From contig OY761556.1 of the NCBI GenBank assembly GCA_963664705.1, forward strand, positions 5,760,001 through 5,824,000: 64,000 nt of DNA, in the 5' to 3' direction. The notes under the pieces were generated by a model. It was not told the origin of the DNA, did not search any database, and saw only the letters and a list, made by a program, of their open reading frames with translations. Positions 40,686 to 49,988 of this stretch are shown in pieces (within the stretch, counting starts at the first letter, position 1; each line of letters begins with the position of its first letter). Source of the DNA: Acidobacteriota bacterium. Its GTDB lineage: Bacteria; Acidobacteriota; UBA6911. A program made the translations under genes and the position numbers.

Positions 40686-41610
40686 CGCAGCCGGGTTTTC
40701 GCAGTGGTTGGAGTTTGTTCGCCGTTTCCTTCAACAAATCCCTTAGCCAAATATGCCCTGGGTCCTGGTCCTGATAACGATGCCACTGAAGGCACTGGGT
40801 AACTTTTGGAATGTCAAAAGGAGGGGGAATTAGCCTCAGAGGCAGGTGTTGTGCGCAAAGCCGGGCTATTCGGCTCACAACCGTTGTTATTCTGTTGGTT
40901 CCCACAACCAGCCGGCACGCAGATTCGAAATCCTGTGTAATGACTTCTATTTTTCTTGTCTCTCCGTAATGTGTTGCATACCACTCTTCAAAAATTGCCT
41001 GAGCCGTCCCGAAATGAACCGCGATGTGGCCCATGTTGACGAACTGGCTTGAGGAAATTCTGTTTCCAACTATCGGGTTGTCGCGCCACACCACACAGGT
41101 GTGGGTATCTTCGAAGAGCGGTTCCTTCGGATGCGCCCTCAAGGCATGAATGGATGGACGGACAAAGAAATCGATGCCGCCCTTCTCCAGTTTCTGTTCG
41201 ATGTGCTCATCAAGCCGCACAAGTTCAAATCTGATTCCGGGCGCCTTCCGCGCAGCTTCCTGCATGGCCTGAGGCATCAAAACAGCGGTCACATAGTCGG
41301 ATACGGCAAGGCAGAATTTCCGGTCGGAAGCAGCCGGATCGAATGCCGCTTTCGAAGCGACGGTGTGCTGGATCTGCATCAGGCAACTTCTTACCGGCTG
41401 CACAAGGCTTTCCGCCAGCGGCGTCAGGACCATTCTGCGCCCCGCGGGAGCCAACAATTCATTTCCGAAGTACTTTCGAAGGCGCGAGAGGATTATGCTG
41501 GTCGCCGGCTGACTTAAATGGAGCCGCTCGCCGGCGCGCGTGACACTCTTTTCCGTCAACAAGGCATCCAGTGCTACAAGCAACCCGATATCGAAATTGT
41601 CCAGATCCAT
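40672..41610 (-). CDS. LysR-family regulator, NodD-like
   Basis: DIGLLVALDALLTEKSVTRAGERLHLSQPA...RLRKYF..ELL...GRRMVLTPLAESL, FDPAASDRKF...SDY, QWHRYQDQDPGHIWLR. Confidence 0.9.
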   Translation of the reverse strand: MDLDNFDIGLLVALDALLTEKSVTRAGERLHLSQPATSIILSRLRKYFGNELLAPAGRRMVLTPLAESLVQPVRSCLMQIQHTVASKAAFDPAASDRKFCLAVSDYVTAVLMPQAMQEAARKAPGIRFELVRLDEHIEQKLEKGGIDFFVRPSIHALRAHPKEPLFEDTHTCVVWRDNPIVGNRISSSQFVNMGHIAVHFGTAQAIFEEWYATHYGETRKIEVITQDFESACRLVVGTNRITTVVSRIARLCAQHLPLRLIPPPFDIPKVTQCLQWHRYQDQDPGHIWLRDLLKETANKLQPLRKPGCEKRH

Positions 41611-41622
41611 AAGGCCTCAGGT

Positions 41623-41637
41623 ATTTAAGGTTTTAAT
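41623..41637. promoter_or_regulatory. LysR box (T-N11-A; ATT-N9-AAT)
   Basis: ATTTAAGGTTTTAAT in the AT-rich divergent region 12 bp from the lysR start. Confidence 0.5.
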
Positions 41638-41765
41638 TACAATACATATGAAATATCTATTCCACAAATGGAAAAAATTCATGTACATTCGCATTGTGGG
41701 CAATTCCAGTTTCAGCCAGGAAGAATGGAATACTGCCCGTCAATCAGCAAATCGGGAGTTATCCA

Positions 41766-42596
41766 ATGGCATCTTCAGAATTACCTCCGCTCAGTCCAGA
41801 AGAACAGCGAAGATCCTACGCCAAATACTATAAAAGGCCGGTTTCGCCGGATCCCGCGCATCTGGCTTTGATGGACATGCCCTGCGACCCCTCAAAAGCC
41901 GTATATCCGGAGCAGATGAATGACCTTCTCAATCCCGGCGATCTGTCGGTGGAGATTGGGTGGTGCAATCTGCCCAACGGCGCGGGCTTTATCGCCAACA
42001 GGAACTTCTACAAAAATGTGACGGCAGAGATGATCGACTGGTGGTTCGCCTGGCATCCGCTTGACGGCTTGCGGTACCGCATTTGGTATCCGCCGCAACA
42101 CGCGGGAATTGATCTGAAGCCCGAAGGCCGGGCGCGAATTCTGGATCCAGGCATCCCCGTTTCTGAGAAGAATTGGGGGGTAACCCATTTTGTTACCGAA
42201 GACTGCGATTGTGGAATGGAAAACATCGAAATCACATTTCTGTCGCCTCGAGATTTCGGATTTGATATGACGCGGTGGCAGGAACCGTACGTTTCCACTT
42301 TCGCAGGCGGCTTCGGCTGGTCCACACCGGCTGGGCATACGGAGCATCCCATAAAGGCACCTTCTTTAATGTGTCATATTTTTCGAAATATCCCGGGCGG
42401 TCTCGAACACCGAACGCGCTTCTGGATCGGTTATCGGATGTCCAGCGGCAAGCCTGAACTGGTCCTGCCTCCGGGCATCGCAGTTCCGGCAATAGCGGTT
42501 CAGGGGTTGGCAAGGCACAATGTACGGGAATTCAGTAATCTTGGCGTGCTGCTGCCGGAGATCCACGCGGAATACGGCGGGCAGCTGATCGGGTAA
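41766..42596 (+). CDS. PhlG/phloretin hydrolase family C-C hydrolase
   Basis: VTAEMIDWWFAWH...RYRIWYPPQH, THFVTED, EHRTRFWIG, ARHNVREFSNL; the H/E/H/E Zn-ligand pattern is present. Confidence 0.88.
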   Translation: MASSELPPLSPEEQRRSYAKYYKRPVSPDPAHLALMDMPCDPSKAVYPEQMNDLLNPGDLSVEIGWCNLPNGAGFIANRNFYKNVTAEMIDWWFAWHPLDGLRYRIWYPPQHAGIDLKPEGRARILDPGIPVSEKNWGVTHFVTEDCDCGMENIEITFLSPRDFGFDMTRWQEPYVSTFAGGFGWSTPAGHTEHPIKAPSLMCHIFRNIPGGLEHRTRFWIGYRMSSGKPELVLPPGIAVPAIAVQGLARHNVREFSNLGVLLPEIHAEYGGQLIG

Positions 42597-42630
42597 GCAT
42601 AAATACGTTCGAATCAGTTTTGGAGGGGGC

Positions 42631-42852
42631 ATGAGTGCCACTATTGAGATCAATCTGGATGAATGCACTGGCTGCAAAAATTGTGTTGAGGCTTGCTTTG
42701 TAGATGTGATGCGATGGGACGATGACGAAGAAAAGCCGGTTGTCGCATATGAACCGGATTGCGTCTGGTGTTTTACTTGCGAAATCAACTGCCCCGCTCA
42801 ATGCATCAACGTCGTACCTCAAATGCCGGGACAACTCGTAAATCCGTACTGA
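42631..42852 (+). CDS. 2x[4Fe-4S] ferredoxin (AprB-like small subunit)
   Basis: CTGCKNCVEAC and CVWCFTCEINCP. Confidence 0.9.
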   Translation: MSATIEINLDECTGCKNCVEACFVDVMRWDDDEEKPVVAYEPDCVWCFTCEINCPAQCINVVPQMPGQLVNPY

Positions 42853-42881
42853 GCGTCGTCCGCAAACAAAGGGAGTCATAC

Positions 42882-45128
42882 ATGGTAGAGAAAGCCAAGA
42901 ACTCAACAGCATACGATACAGACGTTCTTATCATCGGCGGCGGCTTCGGAGGCCTTTCGGCAGCGATCCGGATTAAAGAACTGTCCCCGGAATCCAGTGT
43001 GCTGCTCGTCGATAAACAGACAATTGGCTGGGGAGGAAAAGCGAACAAAGGGGCCGGCGTTTTATGGGTCCTTGCCCCCGGAGATGACATCGATGCCTTT
43101 GCGGATTTCCACGTAAAGAACATAGGGATGTACCTGAACGACCAGGATCTGCTGTATGCCATGGCCCGGGAGTCATACGGAGCGGCGCAGAAGCTCGCGG
43201 ATTGGGGCGTTAAGGTGATGAAGACTCCGAATGGAGATCTTGATGTCAGCCGGCTTCCTTTCGGATGGTCCCTGGCGGCCGCCGACTTGGATATGATGCA
43301 GCCGCTTAGGGCAAAGGCGGTGAAACTCGGAGTCAAGCTGTTGGACAAGACTCATGTGGTCGATTTGCTGAAACAGGAAGGACGCGTAACCGGCGCAGTC
43401 GGCTTCAATCTCCTGGATGGGGGATTCGCGGTCTTCAACGCAAAGGCCACGATATTGGCCAACGGAGATTGCGATTTCGGCGTTATGCGAATGTGGGCTA
43501 ATGCCACCGGAGACGGCATTGCAGCCGCCTTTAATGCCGGAGCGGAGATGCGGAATGCCGAATTCGGCAACTTTTACGATGTCACCAACAAAGGCACAGG
43601 CATTCCGATCGTTTTCGGTTTTAACTCTCTCTGGAACGCGCAGGGGGAGAATATAAGCGCCAAATACATCCATGGACCGCAGCCGGATATCCCGATTTCC
43701 ATCATTCTCGGTATGGAGAAAGAGGTCATGGAGGGAAGAGGACCTATCTATTTTGACCCGGCTGAGTTTGCGAAAAGCATGGGTGGCGGCGGCGGGGGAA
43801 TATTTCAATGGGACCGGCCTCATACCAAAGCGCTTTTTGCCTGTGATGCAAAGAAGGCACAGCAGTATGGCCCGCCACCGGCAGAGAAAATAGAAGTTTC
43901 TCTTGGATTCACAGGCGAGTTTTCCGCAATCAGAGTAGACAGCGAAATGCAAACAACCCTCCCGGGTCTGTGGGCAATCGGAGATACCAGCTATGCGGGA
44001 TCTGCATGGGCCGGCGCTGCAGAGGCGCCGCCGGGCAGATTGAGAGGCTCCGGCCTGATGAACGCTTTGATATCCGCTCTGATGTCTGCCCGGTCCGTGG
44101 TTGAGCACGCAAAAGAGGCCTCCCCTACCATTGCGGATGACAACCAGGTCGCCGCTCTAAGGGAGAAAATTTTTGCGCCTCTGAACCGTGACGGCGGATA
44201 CGCGGCTTCGGAAGCCATACGAAGCATTCAGGAAGTAGTTGTACCGGTGAAATACAGCATGCGCAGGAACAAGGAAAGACTGGAAGAAGCCTTGTCCAAG
44301 GTGGCAGCGGTCAAGGAGAGGCTGCCCGAATTATCCGCCAAGGATCCGCACGGTCTCGTCCGCTGTCATGAGGCTTCCTGCATTGCACTGTGTGCCGAAA
44401 TCGGCTTTAAGTCAGCGCTGGCGCGCACTGAAAGCAGGGGTTGGCATTACAGAGAGGATTATCCCCAGCAGGACGACAAAAACTGGCTCAAGTGGGTCAT
44501 TGTAAAAAAAGTGCAGGACAGCATGGTCGTTACCACCGAGCCCATTCCCAGCGAGCTCTATAAACTAAAGCCAGGACAGGTTACCGCTGTGCCTGACGCG
44601 GTTGTCGAACACGATGAGCTTATCGGGGTGACCCCCGAAATGATCGATTGGTGGTGGGTCAATATGGAAAAGGGATACCCATTGTGGGAACCAACCGATC
44701 ACAAATCCTTTGTTTGGGAAGTGCCGCCGCCGGTTGGAGGATATCTGGGAGCAATCCAGATCGCAGAGGAAAAAATGGGGCCAATGCCGCCGATGAAAAT
44801 TCGCATCCGGTGGGACGACCCCGCCACCTGCTCCATCCCTTGTATCTACGAGCATGCGATCGTTGCAGCTGGGGTTAGTCCCGATGGGAAGGTGGGCGCT
44901 ATGATTCTCCATGAGTGGGAAAAGAGTCCCCGGGGAACCAGGATGCGCTCCACGATGCGTTTCCCGGGTCCCGTTCCACCCGGCTTCGCCGAGATCTGGA
45001 AAGCTCACGACAGGGCGGAAGTATCGACCTTCCCCGGATTCCTGCCCGATCTCTACAGACTATGGCAGTCTGTGAAGGATCCGGCAATCAACAGGCAATG
45101 CTCATTGAAGGTGAAGAAAACTTCGTAG
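42882..45128 (+). CDS. AprA/SdhA-like FAD oxidoreductase fused to a C-terminal PhlG-like domain
   Basis: DVLIIGGGFGG, AKATILANG, TGDG, PGLWAIGD, ARTESRGWHYREDYP; then GVTPEMIDWWW...LWEPTDH...IAEE...AHDRAE from about 44600. Confidence 0.88.
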   Translation: MVEKAKNSTAYDTDVLIIGGGFGGLSAAIRIKELSPESSVLLVDKQTIGWGGKANKGAGVLWVLAPGDDIDAFADFHVKNIGMYLNDQDLLYAMARESYGAAQKLADWGVKVMKTPNGDLDVSRLPFGWSLAAADLDMMQPLRAKAVKLGVKLLDKTHVVDLLKQEGRVTGAVGFNLLDGGFAVFNAKATILANGDCDFGVMRMWANATGDGIAAAFNAGAEMRNAEFGNFYDVTNKGTGIPIVFGFNSLWNAQGENISAKYIHGPQPDIPISIILGMEKEVMEGRGPIYFDPAEFAKSMGGGGGGIFQWDRPHTKALFACDAKKAQQYGPPPAEKIEVSLGFTGEFSAIRVDSEMQTTLPGLWAIGDTSYAGSAWAGAAEAPPGRLRGSGLMNALISALMSARSVVEHAKEASPTIADDNQVAALREKIFAPLNRDGGYAASEAIRSIQEVVVPVKYSMRRNKERLEEALSKVAAVKERLPELSAKDPHGLVRCHEASCIALCAEIGFKSALARTESRGWHYREDYPQQDDKNWLKWVIVKKVQDSMVVTTEPIPSELYKLKPGQVTAVPDAVVEHDELIGVTPEMIDWWWVNMEKGYPLWEPTDHKSFVWEVPPPVGGYLGAIQIAEEKMGPMPPMKIRIRWDDPATCSIPCIYEHAIVAAGVSPDGKVGAMILHEWEKSPRGTRMRSTMRFPGPVPPGFAEIWKAHDRAEVSTFPGFLPDLYRLWQSVKDPAINRQCSLKVKKTS

Positions 45129-45242
45129 GTACTGAAAGCCTCAAGTGGCGATCGTTCCATCGCCACTTGGGGCCCATTTGATCCCGCCATTCCGTAATCC
45201 TATTATTGGAGTTCCCGCACGACGACAGACTTCGATGGAATA

Positions 45243-47396
45243 CTATTTATAGTAATTGAAAAATACCACCAGCTTGCCGCTTTCTTTTCCGGGGATAATT
45301 TTCAGTTCTATCTGTCCGCTGACTGTTGTGCCAACACCCAATTTTTCCAATGTTGCAGTTACTGTTGGTTTATCTCCTGAGCCGATTAGTTCGGTATTTG
45401 TCAACTGGCCTTTCCACAATACCGGGCCAAAGGAATGCCTCAGTACATATTCGCCAGGAATAATGTTTTCAAATACATACTCATTGGTTCCTTCTTTAAC
45501 CATTTTTCGGTCAACAGGACCTTGTCCAAACATTCCTTCCATGGGCGCAGCGCCACCTTTCGCAAGTTCAATCTCCGCGCCACGTCCGAGAGTCCTTTGT
45601 GTTCTTTCCCTGTAGTAATCGGTTCCATTGTCAAATGCTTCAACTTCGAAATAGTATTCGGGATTTTTATTCAAACTGTGAATGGTTAATGTGTTGGCAT
45701 CGTAAACCATGTAGCTGTTGTAAAGCTTTTTGGGCTCGATGCCGTAGCGAACAACATAGCCAGCGGCTCCTTTTACCGGTTCCCACAAGAGGGTTGCGTC
45801 GCGACGATCTTCCTGGCTGCGAACTGCTTTCACATTTATTGATTTCGTAAATTTGGCAACTTCAGGATTACCGAAGATCCGCAAATCTTTCACTGCGAAT
45901 TTCCCGCTCTCCGGAGTAAATACGTTTGTTAATTTGACATACCTTGCTTTTACAGGTTCTGCAAGTTCGGCGTAATCATGTTGGATCGCTTCCTTGTTGT
46001 TGCTTTTGTCAATTACGATTGTCCAGGTCTTGTTGTCGTTCGAAACCTGGAGCGTATAAGACTGTTGCTGCGCGTTTTTGTCGGTATTGACATTCATGCC
46101 CATTCCAAAGCCGCGCCCCATGCCGGTTGTTTTGGCATCTTTCTGGTCGAAATTGATCTGCAATGCATAAATTTTGCATTCTTTGCCCAGGTCAACAGTC
46201 ATGTATTCACCGGGCTTACCTGTTTGAGCGCTCCAGAAAGTCATGAAGTTTTCATCTACGGCCTTCTGCGGTTCAAAGCCTTCCAGGGTAGAAGACGTCT
46301 CCACATATTTTTTGTTGGATAAAAGCATCCAGCCCGAAAAGTTGTTGTCAGCCGGGCTTTTTGCGATTCCGGGATAAAATTGTGGGTAGTCGCCGAAAGC
46401 TGTGTTCGAGTGCATTACCCCCTGGGCATCTACCGCCGTTGGGTACAGGGCCAAGTCGCTGCCGCCTCTTCCCCCAAAGTAAGACGGGATCATGCAGATG
46501 GTCCACAGGTTTCCGTTCTTGTCATGAAAAGTGCTGCCATGTCCACCGCCTGGAGCAAACCCGGTAGTTTTGAATGTAAGCGGGTTGTGTTCAGAATATT
46601 TGAACGGGCCCATTGGGCTGTCCGATATATAAACGCCATGAGAGTAGGATAAAAATTCGAGACCGATGGCTGCATATTGCAGGTAATATTTTCTGTTGTA
46701 TTTTACCATCCACGGACCTTCAATCCATGGGATTTCTTCGGGGAAGTACGGGCGGTGGTTGAAGAACGGGAAGATAACGTCTTCCTTTCTTCTTCTCTCA
46801 AATCCGTGGTTCTCAGGATCGCCAAAGAAGCAAACGACTGGTTTGCCTTTTTCCTTGAATCCCTTTTGGGGATCCAGTTCAACAACCTGGATCGGAAGAA
46901 GCTGGGACCATCCGTAGTACATATAAACGCGGCCATCATCGTCGATAAAAATGTCGGCATCACCGTACCGGTCACTGTCGAGTGTGGCGGCCTTGGTCCA
47001 AACACCGCTCTTGGGATCGGTCGATGAAAACAGATCCTTTGAATTCATTGCGCAGGCATAGAGGATCTTCCCGTCGGTAGCAACCCCGGGAACCCCGCCC
47101 GGAAAAGTGGGAGCATCGATATAGGTCCAATCCCTCATGTTTGGAGAGCTCCAATATCCACGGCTTCCGGTGATGAAAAGATAGTAGTCATTATTAAAAA
47201 TAAGCACGATCGGCTCGCCGGCTCGCCTGGCGCCTGGAATGGTCAGCGGGTTGCAGTAAGTCATCGGCTTATCCTTTATCAGGACAGCGGCGGCTTTCGA
47301 GACGGCATTTTCATCTGATTTTTCGGGGCCAGCTGCGCTGGCGATACTGGCAATAAAAACAATTCCGACAAGCAGTATTTCATTTATTGTTTTCAT
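45243..47396 (-). CDS. Secreted GH43 glycoside hydrolase with F5/8C (CBM32-like) and FN3 domains
   Basis: TYCNP, DADIFIDDDGRVYMYYG, PWIEGPWM, GHGSTF, AVDE..TFWSA...ARYVKL, GYVVRYGI. Confidence 0.87.
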   Translation of the reverse strand: MKTINEILLVGIVFIASIASAAGPEKSDENAVSKAAAVLIKDKPMTYCNPLTIPGARRAGEPIVLIFNNDYYLFITGSRGYWSSPNMRDWTYIDAPTFPGGVPGVATDGKILYACAMNSKDLFSSTDPKSGVWTKAATLDSDRYGDADIFIDDDGRVYMYYGWSQLLPIQVVELDPQKGFKEKGKPVVCFFGDPENHGFERRRKEDVIFPFFNHRPYFPEEIPWIEGPWMVKYNRKYYLQYAAIGLEFLSYSHGVYISDSPMGPFKYSEHNPLTFKTTGFAPGGGHGSTFHDKNGNLWTICMIPSYFGGRGGSDLALYPTAVDAQGVMHSNTAFGDYPQFYPGIAKSPADNNFSGWMLLSNKKYVETSSTLEGFEPQKAVDENFMTFWSAQTGKPGEYMTVDLGKECKIYALQINFDQKDAKTTGMGRGFGMGMNVNTDKNAQQQSYTLQVSNDNKTWTIVIDKSNNKEAIQHDYAELAEPVKARYVKLTNVFTPESGKFAVKDLRIFGNPEVAKFTKSINVKAVRSQEDRRDATLLWEPVKGAAGYVVRYGIEPKKLYNSYMVYDANTLTIHSLNKNPEYYFEVEAFDNGTDYYRERTQRTLGRGAEIELAKGGAAPMEGMFGQGPVDRKMVKEGTNEYVFENIIPGEYVLRHSFGPVLWKGQLTNTELIGSGDKPTVTATLEKLGVGTTVSGQIELKIIPGKESGKLVVFFNYYK

Positions 47397-47846
47397 TTGC
47401 GTGCATAGGAAGCATCAGCAGGCTTTTCAAATCAGTTCCGCGCCAAATGGCTTCCCGGCTCCCCTTTCAAATTTTGACATGGGATTAGGCAATGCAACTG
47501 GAGTAATTTTCGGCGCTATTTTACTGAGAAAGGATGTTTTTGCACACCTTTTCTCCTTCTGCTGGATAGAAGGGGGTTGTATGCAGCTTGAAAGCCGGAG
47601 GCGCTCATTTGCGCTGCAGGAACGGGCATCACAAACGGAAACGGGCCCGGAGATTATTTCGACCGCGCACCACACGGGATGAAATACGCTACAGTTGTGG
47701 CAATGAGTCTACTTGTGTTGGCGAAAACGGCTTGACGAGCGGTTTGGATTCTTGGATATTGCGTTGATATTGAGCACCCAATGGAAAAGATCGTCGTTTC
47801 GGAGACACTTGAAAGCATAGTTGCCTAGAAGAGAGGGGATAATAGC

Positions 47847-49865
47847 TTGGCAGACGGATATGCAGGAAAAATATTGAGAATCAACCTGACGTCCAAGTCA
47901 ATCTCTACGATCGATACCTCCAAGTATGAAGAGTTCGGCGGGGGGTATGGGATGGGGACCGCCATCTTCTGGGATCTGGCGGTCGCGCCGGGCGAATGGG
48001 ACCTGAAGGATCCATACGATCCACGGAACGTAATTCCCCTTATGGTTGGCCCTTTTGCTGCTACTGGAGTTCCTGGCGCAGGCAGAACGAGCATTTGTGG
48101 CCTGTCTCCCGAGACATTTCCAACCTCCGAATTCTGGCGGGGTAATTTAGGCGGTCAATTCGGGACCATGACAAAACTTGCAGGTTGGGATGGAATAGTA
48201 ATTGAAGGCAAGGCCGATAAGCCGGCTTGGATCAATATCATCAACGACCAAGTCAGGATCGAGGATGCCAAGGAACTCTGGGGCCTGGATACTTGGGAGA
48301 CACAGAACCGAATCACTTCAATGGTGTGCGGAAGAGTTCGATTTGGTGAAGAATGGCAACAGATCGGGGATGCCTATACCACTGCACGACCGCAGATCGT
48401 CTGCATCGGGCCAATAGGCGAAACCAAGTCAAGACTCGCCGCTCTGATTTCCGGCAGTGGAATCAGCGTACGAGTGGGTGGCTATGGGGCGGTTTTCGGG
48501 GCCAAGAACTTAAAGGCTGTGAGCGTAATCGGGACCGGCGGGGTGCAGGTCTCAAATCCGGCGCATGTACTGGAAACCAGACTCCAGCATCTGCAATCAG
48601 GGAGTGTTTTCCCGCCCCGCCCCGGGTCGGCATCCTGCTCACCTTGCTTAAGCGGAGACCGGCGTCGGAGCAACTATTACGGCGGTGAGACCATGTGCGC
48701 CTGTCAGGGATGGCTTGGTGGCGACAAAAGCCAGACGGATCAAGACAAGGCTTCCGAAGCATTGATAAAATATGGCCTCAGCAGCTGGTCTGCCCATTGG
48801 CACCGGGACTCCTTTGAGCTTTCCGAGGCGCCGGAATTTTTTCATGGGAAAGTGCCATCGGACTTTGGCCTGGGCTCATATCTCCAGTATCTGTATGAGC
48901 AGGGAGTGTTGGGTCCGGGGAAGCAGATCGATTCGTATCCGCTGCCCATGGATCAGAGAGGAGAGTTCAGTTTCCGCCTTGCCTTTTTGGAGGCAGTTGC
49001 CCACCGTACCGGGATTGGCGATGCCCTGGCCGAAGGTTGCTGCCGGGCCGCTCAGAAATGGGGACGGCTGGAAACGGACAAGGACAACGGAGCCCTGCGC
49101 CTTCCAGCCTGGGGAGCAACAAGCCACTGGACGATGCCCTATGTTGAATGGGCTTATGCCTACATGCTCGGAGCAGGGGATCCTGCCTGGCATACATTCA
49201 TGCTTCGCACCAGCGCTCCCCGCGACGGCACATCCCTGGAAATATCTCTGGCGAATCTGGCAAAGAAGACTATCCCCTATACCGACGACATTTTCATGTT
49301 CAACTATGCGTGGAAGGGAGAGGAGGCTTGGAAAACCGGCATCTATTCGCCGCATAAAGCCAAGCAGGTGGCGTGGGGTCGGCACTATTCTTCATTTTGG
49401 AACGAATCCATGGCTTTTTGCGAGATGTTCCATCACGCGCTGGGCAGCAATAGTCCGGAATTGGAAATGGACTACTACAGAGCTGTCACCGGGAAAAAGG
49501 ACTCCTTTGCCGATACGATGCGAATCGGTCAAAAAATCTGGACCTTGGAGCGCGCCATCCGTGTCATGCACGGAAGAAGTCGGCAAACGGAAGACTTATT
49601 TCCATATATGTATAAGCCCGGAGCGTCAGGCAAGACAAAGTACGGCGGAGTGCCGATCTATGAAAACGGCAAATGGCATTCCGATTTGGCGCCGGACATG
49701 TACCTGGACCGAAAGGGCGTGGACGACTTCAAAACCCACTTCTATACGCTCGAAGGATGGGATAAGGAACATGGCTGGCCTACTCGCGGGACACTGGAAG
49801 AGTTGGGATTGGGAAGAATAGTGAAGGTACTCGGTGACCATGGGAAACTGGGAATCGGCCAATAA
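47847..49865 (+). CDS. Aldehyde:ferredoxin oxidoreductase (AOR/WOR, YdhV-like), copy 3
   Basis: TTG start with GAGGGG RBS; close paralog of copy 2; no adjacent Fe-S gene. Confidence 0.92.
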   Translation: MADGYAGKILRINLTSKSISTIDTSKYEEFGGGYGMGTAIFWDLAVAPGEWDLKDPYDPRNVIPLMVGPFAATGVPGAGRTSICGLSPETFPTSEFWRGNLGGQFGTMTKLAGWDGIVIEGKADKPAWINIINDQVRIEDAKELWGLDTWETQNRITSMVCGRVRFGEEWQQIGDAYTTARPQIVCIGPIGETKSRLAALISGSGISVRVGGYGAVFGAKNLKAVSVIGTGGVQVSNPAHVLETRLQHLQSGSVFPPRPGSASCSPCLSGDRRRSNYYGGETMCACQGWLGGDKSQTDQDKASEALIKYGLSSWSAHWHRDSFELSEAPEFFHGKVPSDFGLGSYLQYLYEQGVLGPGKQIDSYPLPMDQRGEFSFRLAFLEAVAHRTGIGDALAEGCCRAAQKWGRLETDKDNGALRLPAWGATSHWTMPYVEWAYAYMLGAGDPAWHTFMLRTSAPRDGTSLEISLANLAKKTIPYTDDIFMFNYAWKGEEAWKTGIYSPHKAKQVAWGRHYSSFWNESMAFCEMFHHALGSNSPELEMDYYRAVTGKKDSFADTMRIGQKIWTLERAIRVMHGRSRQTEDLFPYMYKPGASGKTKYGGVPIYENGKWHSDLAPDMYLDRKGVDDFKTHFYTLEGWDKEHGWPTRGTLEELGLGRIVKVLGDHGKLGIGQ

Positions 49866-49988
49866 GGAATTGCCTCTCAACTTAGAATGGAATCATTCCG
49901 TCATTGGTTGAATTATGCGAAAGAGTTTGCCTGATGACGACTTGTTCTCATAAAATACATTCCACTAATTCATTCCGAGGAGCTTAGG

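Noticed and set aside
43173-44108. 311-aa antisense ORF (and similar ones at 21361-22206, 17870-18667, 62318-62974)
   Set aside because: Shadows of real genes on the opposite strand
42631-45128. Calling this aprBA (APS reductase) or sdhA
   Set aside because: Fold-level similarity only; SdhA catalytic motifs are absent, there is no sat/qmo or sdhBC context, and it carries a PhlG fusion
48772-49821. 349-aa alternative-frame ORF inside AOR3
   Set aside because: Overlaps a well-supported gene; Arg/Pro/Ser-rich composition typical of off-frame translation
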